From: Amoebidium appalachense
Lineage: Eukaryota; Protista; Ichthyosporea
Assembly: GCA_963693365.1 (NCBI GenBank)
Contig: CAVNZM010000005.1
Coordinates: 7,138,710-7,202,709 of the forward strand
Length of the DNA: 64,000 bases
Reading direction: 5' to 3'
Shown: one piece after another, positions 29,119 to 48,070 of the stretch
How the letters are laid out: each line of letters opens with the position of its first letter
How positions within the stretch are numbered: position 1 is the stretch's first letter
Position numbers and translations under genes: made by a program
Notes under the pieces: generated by a model
The model's database searches: none
Seen by the model: only the letters and a program-made list of their open reading frames with translations
Told to the model about the DNA's origin: nothing

Positions 29119-29640
29119 CTATTGGATTTTTGCGGCCCATTAGGCAGGCCGACAACGTCTTACTGAATTTGTTGGCACACACTCACTTAAAGATACGGTA
29201 GATGATGTGTGTGTGTGGACTACGTTAAAGAAGCACCGATATTTTCTTGCTTGCTCGGGGTTGACTATTATTAGAACTGGAAAGGCTGGCCCTTGAGCCC
29301 CCAATCTCAAATTTCACTCTTAGACATTTCCCTTTTTTGCAGTTGGTGGTCCCCCCCTTTTTACCGATTTGTACATATATAAGAATAAAGAAGATTTGTG
29401 AAAATTGGAGTTGCTTGTCATGAGGCCCCCTTTCATGAAGATGGTTACGAACTGGCATGCACACATGGGACCCAATGAGATCAAACCAATTAACTATTAT
29501 TAAACATCGATGTCATTTTTCTGTTGTGCATGATACATGATAACATTCGCCTTCAATCATCAAGAAGGTGTGGGTGTGCCTTAAACTCTCATGTGCATCC
29601 CCCCTCCCTGCCCCCTCCCCCAACCCCCATCCCCCCCCAG

Positions 29641-29702
<62 letters not shown>

Positions 29703-29707
29703 CACAT

Positions 29708-29758
<51 letters not shown>

Positions 29759-30392
29759 CACGCACGCACGCACGCACGCACGCAGGCACACACACGGCAT
29801 TTTATTTTCAGTGCGTTGTCAGGCGTGACTGTGTGCAGTACGTACTGACTGCACTCTCTGCATTCGAATCTGCACACACACACACAGTGACACGTACACA
29901 CGAATAACATGTTCATACTTAGCCCACACTGTGCACGTACTGTACACCAGTGCATGCACAGACGTGCGCACAAACACACACACATGCACACAGCGCGCGC
30001 CCACACACACACACACACAGTCACGGCAACCACCTGATCAACAAGCACGATTAAAGAGCATGCGGGTTCCGATGGGGGGGGGGGGGGGGGGGGGGGCAAC
30101 TCTGGGGGGCTGCAGTTGGAGGGCCCGGAGGGGCGGTGGAGGGGGGGGGGGGGGGGGGTCCGGAATGATTGCATCAATCACTACATGGTGAATAGTTCAG
30201 GTAGCTCACACAGACTGGGCAGTGATTGCTCATAGTTTGTAGCTCTGTGCTGGACATGCATGAATGGGCGCACTTGGTGGATTCAGTGCCGGCGGCGCGA
30301 GATTTGGATGTGCCTGTGTTTGTATCTGCATTGCATATACTGCATGCGGATTAGGGGCTCCTGGGGTGGAAGTGGGTGGGGAGAAGGGGTGT

Positions 30393-30423
<31 letters not shown>

Positions 30424-30839
30424 GGAGGGAGAGGGGGGGGAAGGGGGGGGGGGGGGGGGGGGGTAAAAAGCATTGCCAATGTGGGGTTTCGATATTTTTA
30501 AATTTGCGCATGTGTTTTTTTTTTTTTGGTGGGGGTGTGGGGTGGGGGGGGGGGGGGGGGGGGGGGGGGAGGCGGGAGAGGGGGCAGGGAGTGATGTGGA
30601 TGGGAAGAAAGATAGCATGTGCATAGTGATGGGGATTCAAAAGGGGAGGGGGAGAGGCTTTGCCGACATAGCATGTCAGGCGAAGAGGATGAGTAGGGCA
30701 AACCGGAGGGGGAAAAAAGGGGGGTGGGGAAGGATAGTGAGTTGGAAAGGCAAAGTAAGGGATTCTAAGCAGCGAAACACACATGCCCACACAAACACAC
30801 GAGCTCCCGGCTACGCATAGAGTCACGAGCACACACTAT

Positions 30840-30912
<73 letters not shown>

Positions 30913-30953
30913 ACACTGTCACACACACACACACACACACACATACACACACA

Positions 30954-30993
<40 letters not shown>

Positions 30994-33224
30994 GACACAC
31001 ACAAACCGTCACACATACACACCCAAACACAGAGACACACACGTGCACACACATGTGCAAGCACGTGTGCGCGCACACACTTGACCACTGGCATGCAGCC
31101 TTGGTTCTGTTGTCCCCCTTCCCCCCCCTCCCCCCCACCCCGAGTCCAACCCCCCCCCACACACACACTGGCCCTCGTTCCCCCCCCCCTTCCCCCCCCT
31201 CCCCCCCTCCCCCCGTGTGTTGTCTGATGATATTGTGGTTTGCATTTGAGGAGGTGTTTAGCTAGTAAAATGTACTTCGTGAGATTCGATTTTAAACGAT
31301 CTCGCATCCTGAGGCAGAAAGCTTTGCGGCTTTGCAACACAGAGGATTGTAAAGGCCATGGTGTATGGTGCCGGCACCTGTCATATTTGGAAACACTGAC
31401 TGTAACGATAGGTGCATACATAGTTTTACTGTTGATGAGGTAGTCAGTCCCGGAGGCACATAAATGGGCGAAATAAATACAACAAATTGACATAGAAATC
31501 GTTTGTACATGAAAAGATTTCTGTATCACTTGGCAAACAGTAAAAAAAAAATGACGGTCGGGCTGTTCGGGCCTGCGGCATGCCTGCCGGTATGGAACAC
31601 GTGCCCTGCCTGGGCCGCTGTGATGCAAGCACATATATATTTATTTATTTTCACCATCCCGTTTTGTCCCTGGAGAGCCCCCCAGAGAGCCCTCTGTCTC
31701 ATAGAAACTCGTGACCACCTCCCTGCACAGCACCGACTGTACCCTAGCTACTGGGTGCTATAGGTGCAATCAGCTAAGCTAAAATTAGTATCACACCGTT
31801 AACAAACTAACTACTAGTACACACTTAATGCAGGATTTACACCCCAGCGTTAACGGTGGGGTGTGTGATGCAAGCACAGGCCGAATGTTTCAGAGGTACA
31901 CACTGTTGACTAAAAAAAAAAAAAAAATTTCTTCTCGAACCTATGAGGCTACAGACTGGAGGCCCCACGTATCTGAAACACACTAGTGGCTGAGAACGTT
32001 AGGGCTTAAAACAAACACAAATTTCGGACAATATAGCTGTGGGGCTTGGTTTGAAAAACTACTTGGGGTTTTCATGCTTTTTTTTTTTTTAAAAAAAAAA
32101 TATTGCTCAGGGGGGTCTGTTAGACGTGATGTGCCACCGTGCGGTGAGGTTTGGGCTGGTGGGTGCATGCGTTGTATCCCATATGGTGCAATGTGGTGGC
32201 TGCTGTGTGTCTGTGTATGGCGTATTCCCTGCTGCGATGTGTGTGCCTATTACATTTTGGGCAGATCGGTTTCAGTGTGTGGCATTACTTCCTAATTATA
32301 GTCGCTATGATATACTTATTTATTTTTTACCATTTATTTAGTCTACATTATATAATATATATATATACTTGGGGGGGGGAGGGGGGGGAGGATGGAGGGG
32401 AGGGGAGAGGGGGGGGGGGGGGGGGGGGGGGGGGGGCTAATATGCACTCTCTCTTTCTTGCTAAGGGGATCAATCCACCATGTCTGCATCGCGGGGCCTG
32501 GCTCGGTATACCACAGTGAGCGGTTGATATTGGGCTCTCCCTGGGTGCTGGTAACCATTAGAAGTCGGCACATTTAGGAAACATATACAGTAGGTGTTTA
32601 ATGACATAACAAAGGTTAAGACATCAAAATGCCATGGGGACCCGGTACCCGAAAGCCAACAACTGTGGCTTTCTTCACCCCCAGCTTTCCCCCCTCCCCC
32701 CCCCCCCCCCCTCCCCCCCCCCCCCCCCCCCCCCCCCACCACCACCACTGTGGTACACCACCATCCTCCCTGCAGTCCGGATCCGGAGAGTCCCCCCCCC
32801 CCCCCCCCCTTCACCCTTCCCTCCCTCCGGCCCCCCCATTCCCCCCCCCTCCCCTCCACCCTCCCCCCCTCCCCCCCCCCCCCCCCCCCTCTCCGGGCCC
32901 TTATTGAGTTACTGTAGCAACCGTCTATCGTTATCCCTCTGCACCCCACTTTGCCTCACCTGGAACCACCTCCAAACTCCAAAACCCACGGCTGTAAAAC
33001 TTTTCTTCCAAGAATTCCCGGACCGGGTACCCACGTACTAGATAAATAAAAGAACTGTAAAGACTGTAGCTGAGCAGTGTAGCATCTGCATGCTGACAAA
33101 ACGACAATCCTTCCCCCCATCCCCCCCCCCCCCCCCCCCTCCCCCCCGGGCCCCCCCTTTAGTTATAATTAGGGTAGATTTCTTAGAGCTCTCTCTCCTC
33201 CTCTCTCCAGATCCGCCTGGCCAC

Positions 33225-33261
<37 letters not shown>

Positions 33262-33681
33262 TTTCTCCCCTTCTGTTTTGCTGCAATGTACTTTTGTGTT
33301 GTTGTGCCACCATCCATTATGGTAATTTGGGTGGGTGGCAACGCCTATACATGTGATTCATTCAAGTTACATTAATTCTGTACGTTGATAACCGTTCAAA
33401 TGATGACTTCCATAATACATACATACAGTCCTCGGGTGAAGGGGGGAGGGCGGGAGGGGGGAGGGGGGAGGGGGGCCCGGGGGTTGTACTGAGTAAGGGG
33501 CACGAGCAAGAACCACTTTGAATCTCAAATTTTTTAAGGAACAGTTTTGCCCCCTTCCCGGCACCCCCGCTCCCCTTCCCCCCTCCCCCCCCTCCCCCCC
33601 CCCCCCCCCCCTCCGCCTCCCCCTTCCCCCCTTCCCCCGAGACCCTTCCCCACCCCCCAACCCCCCCACTTCCCTTGTTAG

Positions 33682-33823
33682 CAAATCAATGCACACCAGT
33701 GATACTTGCCATGATGCCGCCACCGTGTGTACGGCACCCGGGCCGGCCCATGGCAAGGTTTTAAATACGTATACATGCACATGTGCACCGGGGTTTCACT
33801 CGCACCAGGCTATCAAATGCTAA
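33682..33823 (+). pseudogene. Isolated EGF-like exon fragment with an apparent 2-nt frameshift
   Basis: After the acceptor ttgttAG (33680-81), deleting one AC from tgcACacc gives NQCTSDTCHDAATVCTAPGPAHGKVLNTYTCTCAPGFHSHQAIKC*, six Cys with a YTCTCAPGF signature. No flanking exons recognised. Confidence 0.5.
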
Positions 33824-34059
33824 TACGTACAACATATGCATGCATTTGTAATCCTTTGTAAACGTACATGTCCGTGCAGCGGCACGCTACGGACATGTGG
33901 GTTGCAGGCACCAACGCTGAGGTGTTTCTAAAAACAGAAACTTGAAGATAAACATTGCCAGCTCAACGGACACAGTGTACACTGTACAGTCGACGACAGC
34001 TGGAATTCATGAATTCAGGAGCTATCATGCAATTCGTTCCAGATCATGATGCCCAGTTA

Positions 34060-34790
34060 CGGTGTTGTTTTATTGGCCACTGCCAGCTCATTATAATTGG
34101 CTACTTTACGGACCTTGTTTCAATGATTGGCCCTTGGGACCTTCGCCCAATCAGAACGCAGCCGGATAAGCATTACTATTGGCTGCAGGATTTTATTGAG
34201 GCTCATGTAACAGCGGGTGTTTGCACCAGCCAAGTCACCAAATCTACAAAAAAAATAGCCTTATTCTATTGCAAATTAAGGTTATGTTGATTATTTGGAA
34301 TACAAATTACAATTGAAAAATGCTCGAGTGCTTATTCCACGCGTGCATTACCTGGATTTTCGATTTTAATGAACCGCTGGGCTCCGCAGAGGTAGGCCGC
34401 GCATGAGATCCGGCGCATTCCACGGATCCTTTAATAGCCCTAACGGGGAAAATCGTTATGTGCATAAGCATATAATTCCATGTACGTATTTTAATTTTTA
34501 TTTTTATATAAGTCATAATAACAAATCTAATAATCAAAGGCGTAGGCCTAGCATAATGACATCAATAGAGAAGTGACCATTTTTCTATACATTCTCTTCT
34601 CGCTCCCCGGATTGGCGAAAGTCATGTTACCACTGCTCCAGATGATTGGCTTATAGGTGATCTTCAGTTATTGAACCAATCACAAGCATCTGCTCTAAAC
34701 CGCCGGCGTCTCGCTGAGCTCATGTAAACGCGTGTGGAGTTACGCCATGTTCTCTAAACTAAAACAAATAATCGATTGGGTTTTTTAAAC
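34060..34790. promoter_or_regulatory. Cluster of about nine CCAAT/ATTGG boxes upstream of the orphan membrane-protein gene
   Basis: ATTGG or CCAAT at ~34072, 34097, 34126, 34147, 34178, 34611, 34645, 34676 and 34775, in a microsatellite-free region. Confidence 0.4.
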
Positions 34791-35184
34791 TTTTTACGAG
34801 TCAGATCATGCGGACTTTTTTTTGCTTTGCTGAGTCAGTGGGTGACCCAACTATACTCCCACGCTCAGACTTTGTACTGGCAGTCGATCGAAGGCTTGAC
34901 TTTTGTGGTGTGTAGCGTCCTCCCTGTTTGTTTCGTTTCGTTCACATGAACAATGGAGTTACATGGGGCACACAAGTAATAAGGCATTAGAATATTAGAG
35001 CCTCAAACACTACCTTCATTTAAAACACAACTAGAAACGGTACAGGAACGTAAACATACAGGCTCAAACCTTTACACAACCAGGTGGTGTTCTTTGCAGT
35101 TTGAGTACAGCTTGGAAAGCACACAGTAGCACAGCACACATAAGGGGACACGAGAAGGCACAGGCCTTCTCCACACATGTTAGC

Positions 35185-36639
35185 ATGAAAAAGTTGCTGC
35201 TTGTGGCCGCAGCAGCTGCTGTGCTAGAAAATGCAGCAGGTAGGAGTGCGTTCCACCACGAATCAGAACACCATGTTACTGGAGCCTATGTTCCATTGGC
35301 GGTAGCAGAGGGGCCCCCACTTGCACGGGTGGCACCGCAGGGTTACCGAAGAACGGCGCGGTCACTCGCGGACCCAGTACAGCAGTATCAAAACCAGGCA
35401 CCACATGTACCTTATAGAGTAATTGCCGATACAGGTAAGAACTCGGAGTGAATCGGGGTACAACTCGAGCTGTCGTGTTTGTGGGTGTGGGAGGTCGGTG
35501 CAGTCATTGTGTGCATACTGTGGTTAATATGGGGAGGATATGCGTGGTTTCTTTGTGCTGTTCATGTGGGTATTGTTAGTTGGTTGTGCAGGAGTGATGT
35601 GAATGCACATTCACCCGTTTCCTGTATGGTTGTTGTTGTTGCCGTTGTTGGTGTTGAGCATGCTCTGCGCATGGTTGGTTACCATTACTCATGATCCCGA
35701 GCTGTGTTGCACCGGGGCATTATGGAAGGAGTACTGCAACAATTTGAAGCTTTCCTCTGAATGGGGCATTACTAGCACAATCACTGGAAGGTTGTTATGC
35801 TGACCCATAGAGCGAACACGAAGATGGCAGAAAGTTGAAAGTTTATATCTGGAGATGTGGCGAGAAGGGCAAACGAGAGAAGACAATGGTGATGTTAGTT
35901 TTGATAACCAATTCCTGCACTACGTTTTGAGAGCTGCTGTTGAAGGGACATCGGGGACAACACACTGACGTCCTGTCGACTCCTTCCCTCCTCCCCTCCC
36001 CTCCCCCCCTCCCCCCCCCCCCCCACACCTCCCTTCCTCCCTCGCCCATTCCACCTATCACCTGCCGCGTTGCAACAACACCTTTGCCGATGACTTCGTC
36101 TGCATGTTCACCCACCACAACACATGGCGCCGGCATGCTCATACCCTTAACAACACACAAATGCACATACACACAGGCCTCTCACTCGAACCAAACCATA
36201 CAACCACCATCTCTCTGAAAAACACACACACACACACACACACACCTTCCCCTGTACATCCCCTGCTTGTACATAGACTTCCCCCACATCCCCCCCTCCC
36301 CCCCCAAATCCCCCCCCCAACCCCCCCCCCCCTCCCCTTCCCCCACCTGCAGATCCCAAACTGCACCTACAAACGGGTGTCAACCAATATCCAGGCGACG
36401 CGGAACGACAAGCGTTTCTCGAGTGGTATGCCCAGCAACAGGCTCAACAAGAACAGGCGCTACTCGACGCACGAGCAAAATCAAACAGCCCGGAGGTTCA
36501 GGAGCAAAACGACCAAATCGTCGCAATGGCACTCGGCATCACGTTTGGTTTTGTCGCGGCGGTGGCGATTGTGGTAGGGACGGTGTACGCACACAAGAAA
36601 GGGTGGTTGGATAGGGGGGGAAAGAAGTCATCTGCATAA
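35185..36639 (+). CDS. Orphan single-pass type-I membrane protein (~178 aa) with signal peptide
   Basis: Exons 35185-35434 (donor G|GTAAGA) and 36353-36639 join in phase 1. N-terminal MKKLLLVAAAAAVLENAAG is signal-like; C-terminal IVAMALGITFGFVAAVAIVVGTVYA is TM-like and followed by the basic tail HKKGWLDRGGKKSSA*. The second exon's frame is absent from the ORF track. Confidence 0.8.
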
Positions 36640-37054
36640 CGGTATAACGTACTAACATGACTGTAATGATGGCCTAGTGTAGTGCGACATAATGACAGAT
36701 TGTGTGTCTTTGTGTTTGTCAATGATACGAGTTTTTTGAGGTTTGGGCTTTAGCATACCATGACCATGAAAGCTTACATGTCACCCAACGGCCACAAAAA
36801 TGCGGGTCCGGATAGTGAACATGCGAGCTGATAGGGAGGGGCGAGACTCTTGAGCAAACACAAAGAATTATGAAGGCCACAGGTTCCCTGGATAATGTGT
36901 AGAGCATTTCGGGCTGACAACGTGATGTATATATCGTTTTTTTTTGGATTGTACATAACCTTTTTTTTTTTTTGACTGTAAAAAAGCACGTCATTTTTAA
37001 CCAATCCTGTCCATGTGTGTGTACGTTTGAACATTGGGTAGGTTAGGGTAGGGT

Positions 37055-37099
<45 letters not shown>

Positions 37100-38008
37100 A
37101 AGCTGGTTTTTTTTTTTTTTTTTTAATTAACATACATGTGTTGCTGTTGCCTGTTTCTGTGTGCTTGAAAATACATTTCCACTTTCGTGATCTTCACAGC
37201 GCTGACACCATGCCATACACGATTGCCATACATACTTGCATTGGGCAAAAATTTCAGTTTCAAGATGAGGAACCTTTTGCTCAGATTTAGACACAAAGCA
37301 ATCGATAAAACACAACACAAATACACTCATTTTTTGAATACACAGCGAACATATTCGTACATGAACACAAGAGAATAATTGCCATGAAGTTAGTTGGATA
37401 ACAGAAAACACACCATAACAGAAAAACGAGGCACGTCTTGATCTGCCTTTGCTGCTTCGCGGGTTATCGAAGCACGGGCCACAGATGAATAAATACAAGT
37501 CATACAAGTATGTGGTGGCAAACTATATGCAATTCATAGAACATCTGGTGGCACAGGTGGTTACCGTACCAAAACTGAACCCTTGAAGTTTCTGCCGATG
37601 GTTCTACTAGCGAGTTGTGGTGGTGCAGAGGTGGTGTGTTGGTGCAAACGCACGCAAGTGAATTTGTTGTGTCCGTAAATGTGCATGCACACCCACACTC
37701 AGTGTGGCCTTGCCTGAGCAAACGTCGGGTCTGTGTGGGAAGTATTGAACAATTGGAACAACAGTACCACAGCACTATTTTATCTACACCATACCTTCCC
37801 CAAAGAGCCCATGTGTGTGTAAGGGTGAAAGTGTCGATAAGGCGGGCACACCTTTGCAAGAAAGCATCAATAGTGTACCTGAAAGCAAGCCCTGGGTGTG
37901 TTTGTGTGTGTGTGGAGGGGGGGAGGGGGGGGGGGGGGGGGGGGGGGGGGGAGCAGGAAAAGAAGGGGAAATGAGGAATGACGAGGAAGGTGTGGAAAAC
38001 GGGGAGGA

Positions 38009-38071
<63 letters not shown>

Positions 38072-38210
38072 GGTTGTTATCAGGTCGTCATTTGAATGGT
38101 GGTTTTTTTTTTTTTTTTGTTGCATGCATAATAAAACTATAAAAAGTAGGAATGTGGAAATGGTGGTGGTGGTGGTGGTGGTGGTGGTGGTGGTGGTGGT
38201 GGTGGTGGTG

Positions 38211-38241
<31 letters not shown>

Positions 38242-38542
38242 CTCAGGGAGGAGGGAAGGGAAGGGGGGAGGGGGGAGGTGTGGGTGGGGGTTCCAGATGG
38301 GTGGCACACGCCGATTAATAATAAAGTTCAACATTATAACTTGCTACGATTGGTCCAGATCGAATTTGGTTCGATCAGATTAGCCATACAAGGAAACTCA
38401 AAAAAATAACAAGGGGGCCCTACCTGTCCTATATACGACACCTGCTTACCAAAGACGATCACCCGGCCCCAACAATTGTTTTGTCATAGTATAGGGGGGT
38501 AAAGGTCAGTGTCTCCCGGACGATCCCACGGCATCTTAAGTC

Positions 38543-38582
<40 letters not shown>

Positions 38583-39833
38583 ACCCTCCCCCCCCGCACA
38601 CACACATACACAAGGAAAGTTACACTCCTTTGCCTGCTTCGACAACGATACATTTGTAAGCAATTGACATGCATCATAATGATGCTCAGTCGTCAGCTGA
38701 ATTGCAAGCCAAACACACTTTTTTTTTTCCTTCTTTTTTTTCTTTTCTTTTTTTCCCTCTTACACCTTCCTGTGCACACCAGGCTTGGCCCTGAAGTCCA
38801 CAAAAACATTTCGCAGTGTTTCTGCGTTCCGGACGTAAAACACTTCTACAAATTACTTCTAATTAATATTTTGCAGCCGCTTACTATATATATATATTAC
38901 GATTGGCTGTGCCTGTGCATGTGCACCGCATGTGTGTGTGTGTGTGTGTGATACACGAATGTTTTTCGTTAATTTCCAGGTTTTTTTTTTTAAAACGCCT
39001 TGTCGCAGGAACCTACAACAGCTGTCGTTGGACAGTATCGGCCACACAGGAGAACTACCACCTCGTTTGTAACACCGGCAACCGTTTCAGATACTTATTA
39101 GGCATACCAGGCACGTCCTGGCTGTGCCCTCTAGCCTATGTACGAATAAGTCGATGCCGTCTCTATTTTTCAAGGGTAGGTGAGTCACGTACATCAGCCC
39201 CTCTCCGGATCGTCCGCCGCCCCTTGAAAAATAAGAGCTAACTCAGAAGGTGGCTGGATAGGCATATAGTGGAAACATAGTATGGTGGGCTGGCGCATGC
39301 ACGGCCCGTGTTTTACTGGGCATGTCCTCTGACTGAACGGGACTGGAAATGTAGCATATCACCGCCAACGAACACAGCTGAAAAGACACCGTCTCCGTAA
39401 CAAATTGTATTGAAATTTTCCGTCGAACTTTGGCTGCCACCGGAGCCGATTGCAAGTTCAAACCAGAACACATACGAAAAACCCACTCTAATCCTGCATG
39501 ATCCTAAGTGATCACACTAGTACTTCAGGAATCCCAGGGGGACCCTGCGATGGGAAGGGGAGAGGAAGAAAAAAAAAAAAAAAAAAGAAAAAGAAAGAAT
39601 CAGATATTCGCATACAAAAGGATCTCGAAAAATGAAAGGGCAAAAAAACAAAAACAAAACAAACAAACAAACAAACAAACAAACAAAAAAACACCATACG
39701 TTTGCCTCAAAGAAAATTCAGCTCAGAATTCGAAATAGATCCGTTCATTGACACGAGTCATTTAACCAAAAGCAGTATTTTTCTGACTCGAAAAAACAAC
39801 CGCGAATTCCCACACCAAACCTTCCAGGCTCAT

Positions 39834-45825
<5,992 letters not shown>

Positions 45826-46859
45826 GTTGCTCCGTTCGAAACGCTTTAAACTAGGAAACGGTGGTGAAGGGCGATAGATCACTAAAGCAAGTGTGCTTGC
45901 TTTGAGTGAAACTGTGAATGTGACAGTCTGACAGTGCGTGCAGCAGCAAAACTCGGGAACAGTGTTCCCGAGAGCTCGGGAATGCGGACTGGCCAAAAAA
46001 GAAAAAAAAGAAAAAAAATAAAAAGACCCTGGACAATGATTGGTTCCCAGGGCTCACAGAATTTAGCTATATATGGCATAGCTTGCAACGATTGGTGAAC
46101 TAAAAGTGGACGGATCTAGATTCTATCATTATCATTAGATCCACGGCCATCTTGAGCTTTTGGGAGGGGAAGGAGGGGGGAAGGGGGGAAGAGAGGAGGA
46201 AGATACGTGGACACGTACCGCCACCGGTTGTTATGGAACACCACCACAGCTGAGTTATAAACTACGTGGTTTATAGAGGCGCGTTTAAACGCACAAGAAT
46301 GAAAGTGAACAACAGGTCACGGCGTTGCACGGGGGTTGCGTTCTTCACCGTTTTGTGCGAGAGCGTGTCCTGTGTGTGTGGGTGTGAGTGAGTGTGCATG
46401 TGTGTGTCACTTTGTGTTTCTGCTTTTGTGTGAGTGCTGCGTAGGACGTGTAACATAGTTCAGTAACGTAGCATATCCAGTTAAGCGATTTATGCATAAG
46501 AGGCCCCGGGAGAAGGAGGAGAGGGAGGGAAGGGAAGGAAAGGGTGGGAGGAGGGGGATCCGGAGTTGGGCTCACAGATGTTTCTACTGTTTTCCGTTCA
46601 TGGTCTTTCACAGACATCATCACTACGACAACATCCTTTCGTGCGTGCACATATGCAACCGGAGTGCTGCAAGGAAAACAAGTGGATAGCGGAACAGAAC
46701 TTCAGGCGACAACATGTACATAGAGATCTTACACTGTGACCTCCCCTACACACTGAAAGATGTATTATAATTAGCTGGATGCAGAGTTTTCCTGCCAGGA
46801 ATGACCACTCTTTGCCAGCCGTTCTTCTCCTCTTCCCCCCCCTCCCCCCCCCTCCCCCA

Positions 46860-46894
<35 letters not shown>

Positions 46895-47707
46895 CACTAT
46901 CACCAACCAACCAGAACACTTGAACAGTAGCCAGTTTCTTTCAACATTGATCAGCGTAGCCGAGGGAAGAAAAACATGGAGGCTACAACGATGGAGCCAA
47001 CATAGCTTTAGACTGAAAGGCACCGGTGTTTTCTGATCAAATCATACACATGACTTGAGTCATTCAAATGCGCTTTATGTTGCTATACCAAAATTGTGGG
47101 TCAGAAAAACAGAGGGACACTATCACAAGTGCTCGCATGGTACCCCGAGAACGGAAAAAGGAGGAATCGACCTCAACACTTCACACAACCTTCAGACCTT
47201 TGTACCTTCAAGTTCTTGTGTTTTGTGCATGTGCACGTGCACCGAGAAGATAACCGTCATCGCAGTGACAATTAGAGTTTTTATTAGCTTCACCTAATTT
47301 GTTGTATAAAACATTACAAACCGAGCCGCTAAGCCTTTAGGGTTTAAAAAGAATATTGTTTTTAAAAAATTATCAGATATCAGTCTTTAGCCTTACCGGC
47401 CATTCTGGGTTCCAGAAACATAGTGGCTCCCACTGCGGCAGAGCTCGGCGGAGCACAGTCAGAAGAAAACCAAACACCTGAACACAGTGGAAAAAAGTAC
47501 CTTATAGCTTTGACATAGAGCGAAAGCCTTGCTTTAATACAGTGCTTAACGTGACTTCGTTTTCCCATTTGTCTGCTCTGAAAAATCAACAAACAAGCAC
47601 GTTCATTCATCGTGCCAAAGCTATAATCTATGCTTTTAAATTCTCTGAGGCGGCCGTAGCAAAAAACCCTAAAACCACAACTTTTATTTTTGAAAAGAAC
47701 ATCCAGC

Positions 47708-48070
47708 ATGCAGGACCCATATGGTGGCGCATACCCGGCCGGCTCAGGTATGGGGATGAGCGCAGACTACAACAACGGGTCTCAGTCAGATGCCGACCCC
47801 TCACGCAAAGACAAGCGTGCACACCACACAGCACTCGAGAGAAAAAGACGCGACCACATCAAAGATAAGTTTGCTGTGTTGCACGCAGAAGTTCCTGGTC
47901 TAGCCCAGCAAGATAAGGCTTCTAGGTCGCTGATTTTGTCCAAGGCAACGGAATATATCCAGCAGATGACGCACGCAAACGACCAGGTTATGGCGGAGGT
48001 GGATGACCTGAAGAGGCAGAATGCCATGTTGCACGAGCAGATCAGGCAGCTGGAGCAGCAGGGGAAGTAA
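47708..48070 (+). CDS. MAX: bHLH-leucine zipper transcription factor Max homolog, 120 aa, coding region intronless
   Basis: [22 protein letters not shown]...VP.L...[18 protein letters not shown]...N......[19 protein letters not shown] aligns with Max ([21 protein letters not shown]...KASRAQILDKATEYIQYM...[19 protein letters not shown]). Confidence 0.93.
   Translation: MQDPYGGAYPAGSGMGMSADYNNGSQSDADPSRKDKRAHHTALERKRRDHIKDKFAVLHAEVPGLAQQDKASRSLILSKATEYIQQMTHANDQVMAEVDDLKRQNAMLHEQIRQLEQQGK

Noticed and set aside
31320-31445. LCNTEDCKGHGVWC as a second EGF- or TSP1-like fragment
   Set aside because: Only three Cys in frame, the remaining pattern is absent, and there are no supporting splice sites.
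36620-36639. C-terminal KKSSA as a di-lysine ER-retrieval signal
   Set aside because: The lysines are at -4 and -5; canonical KKxx or KxKxx needs a Lys at -3.
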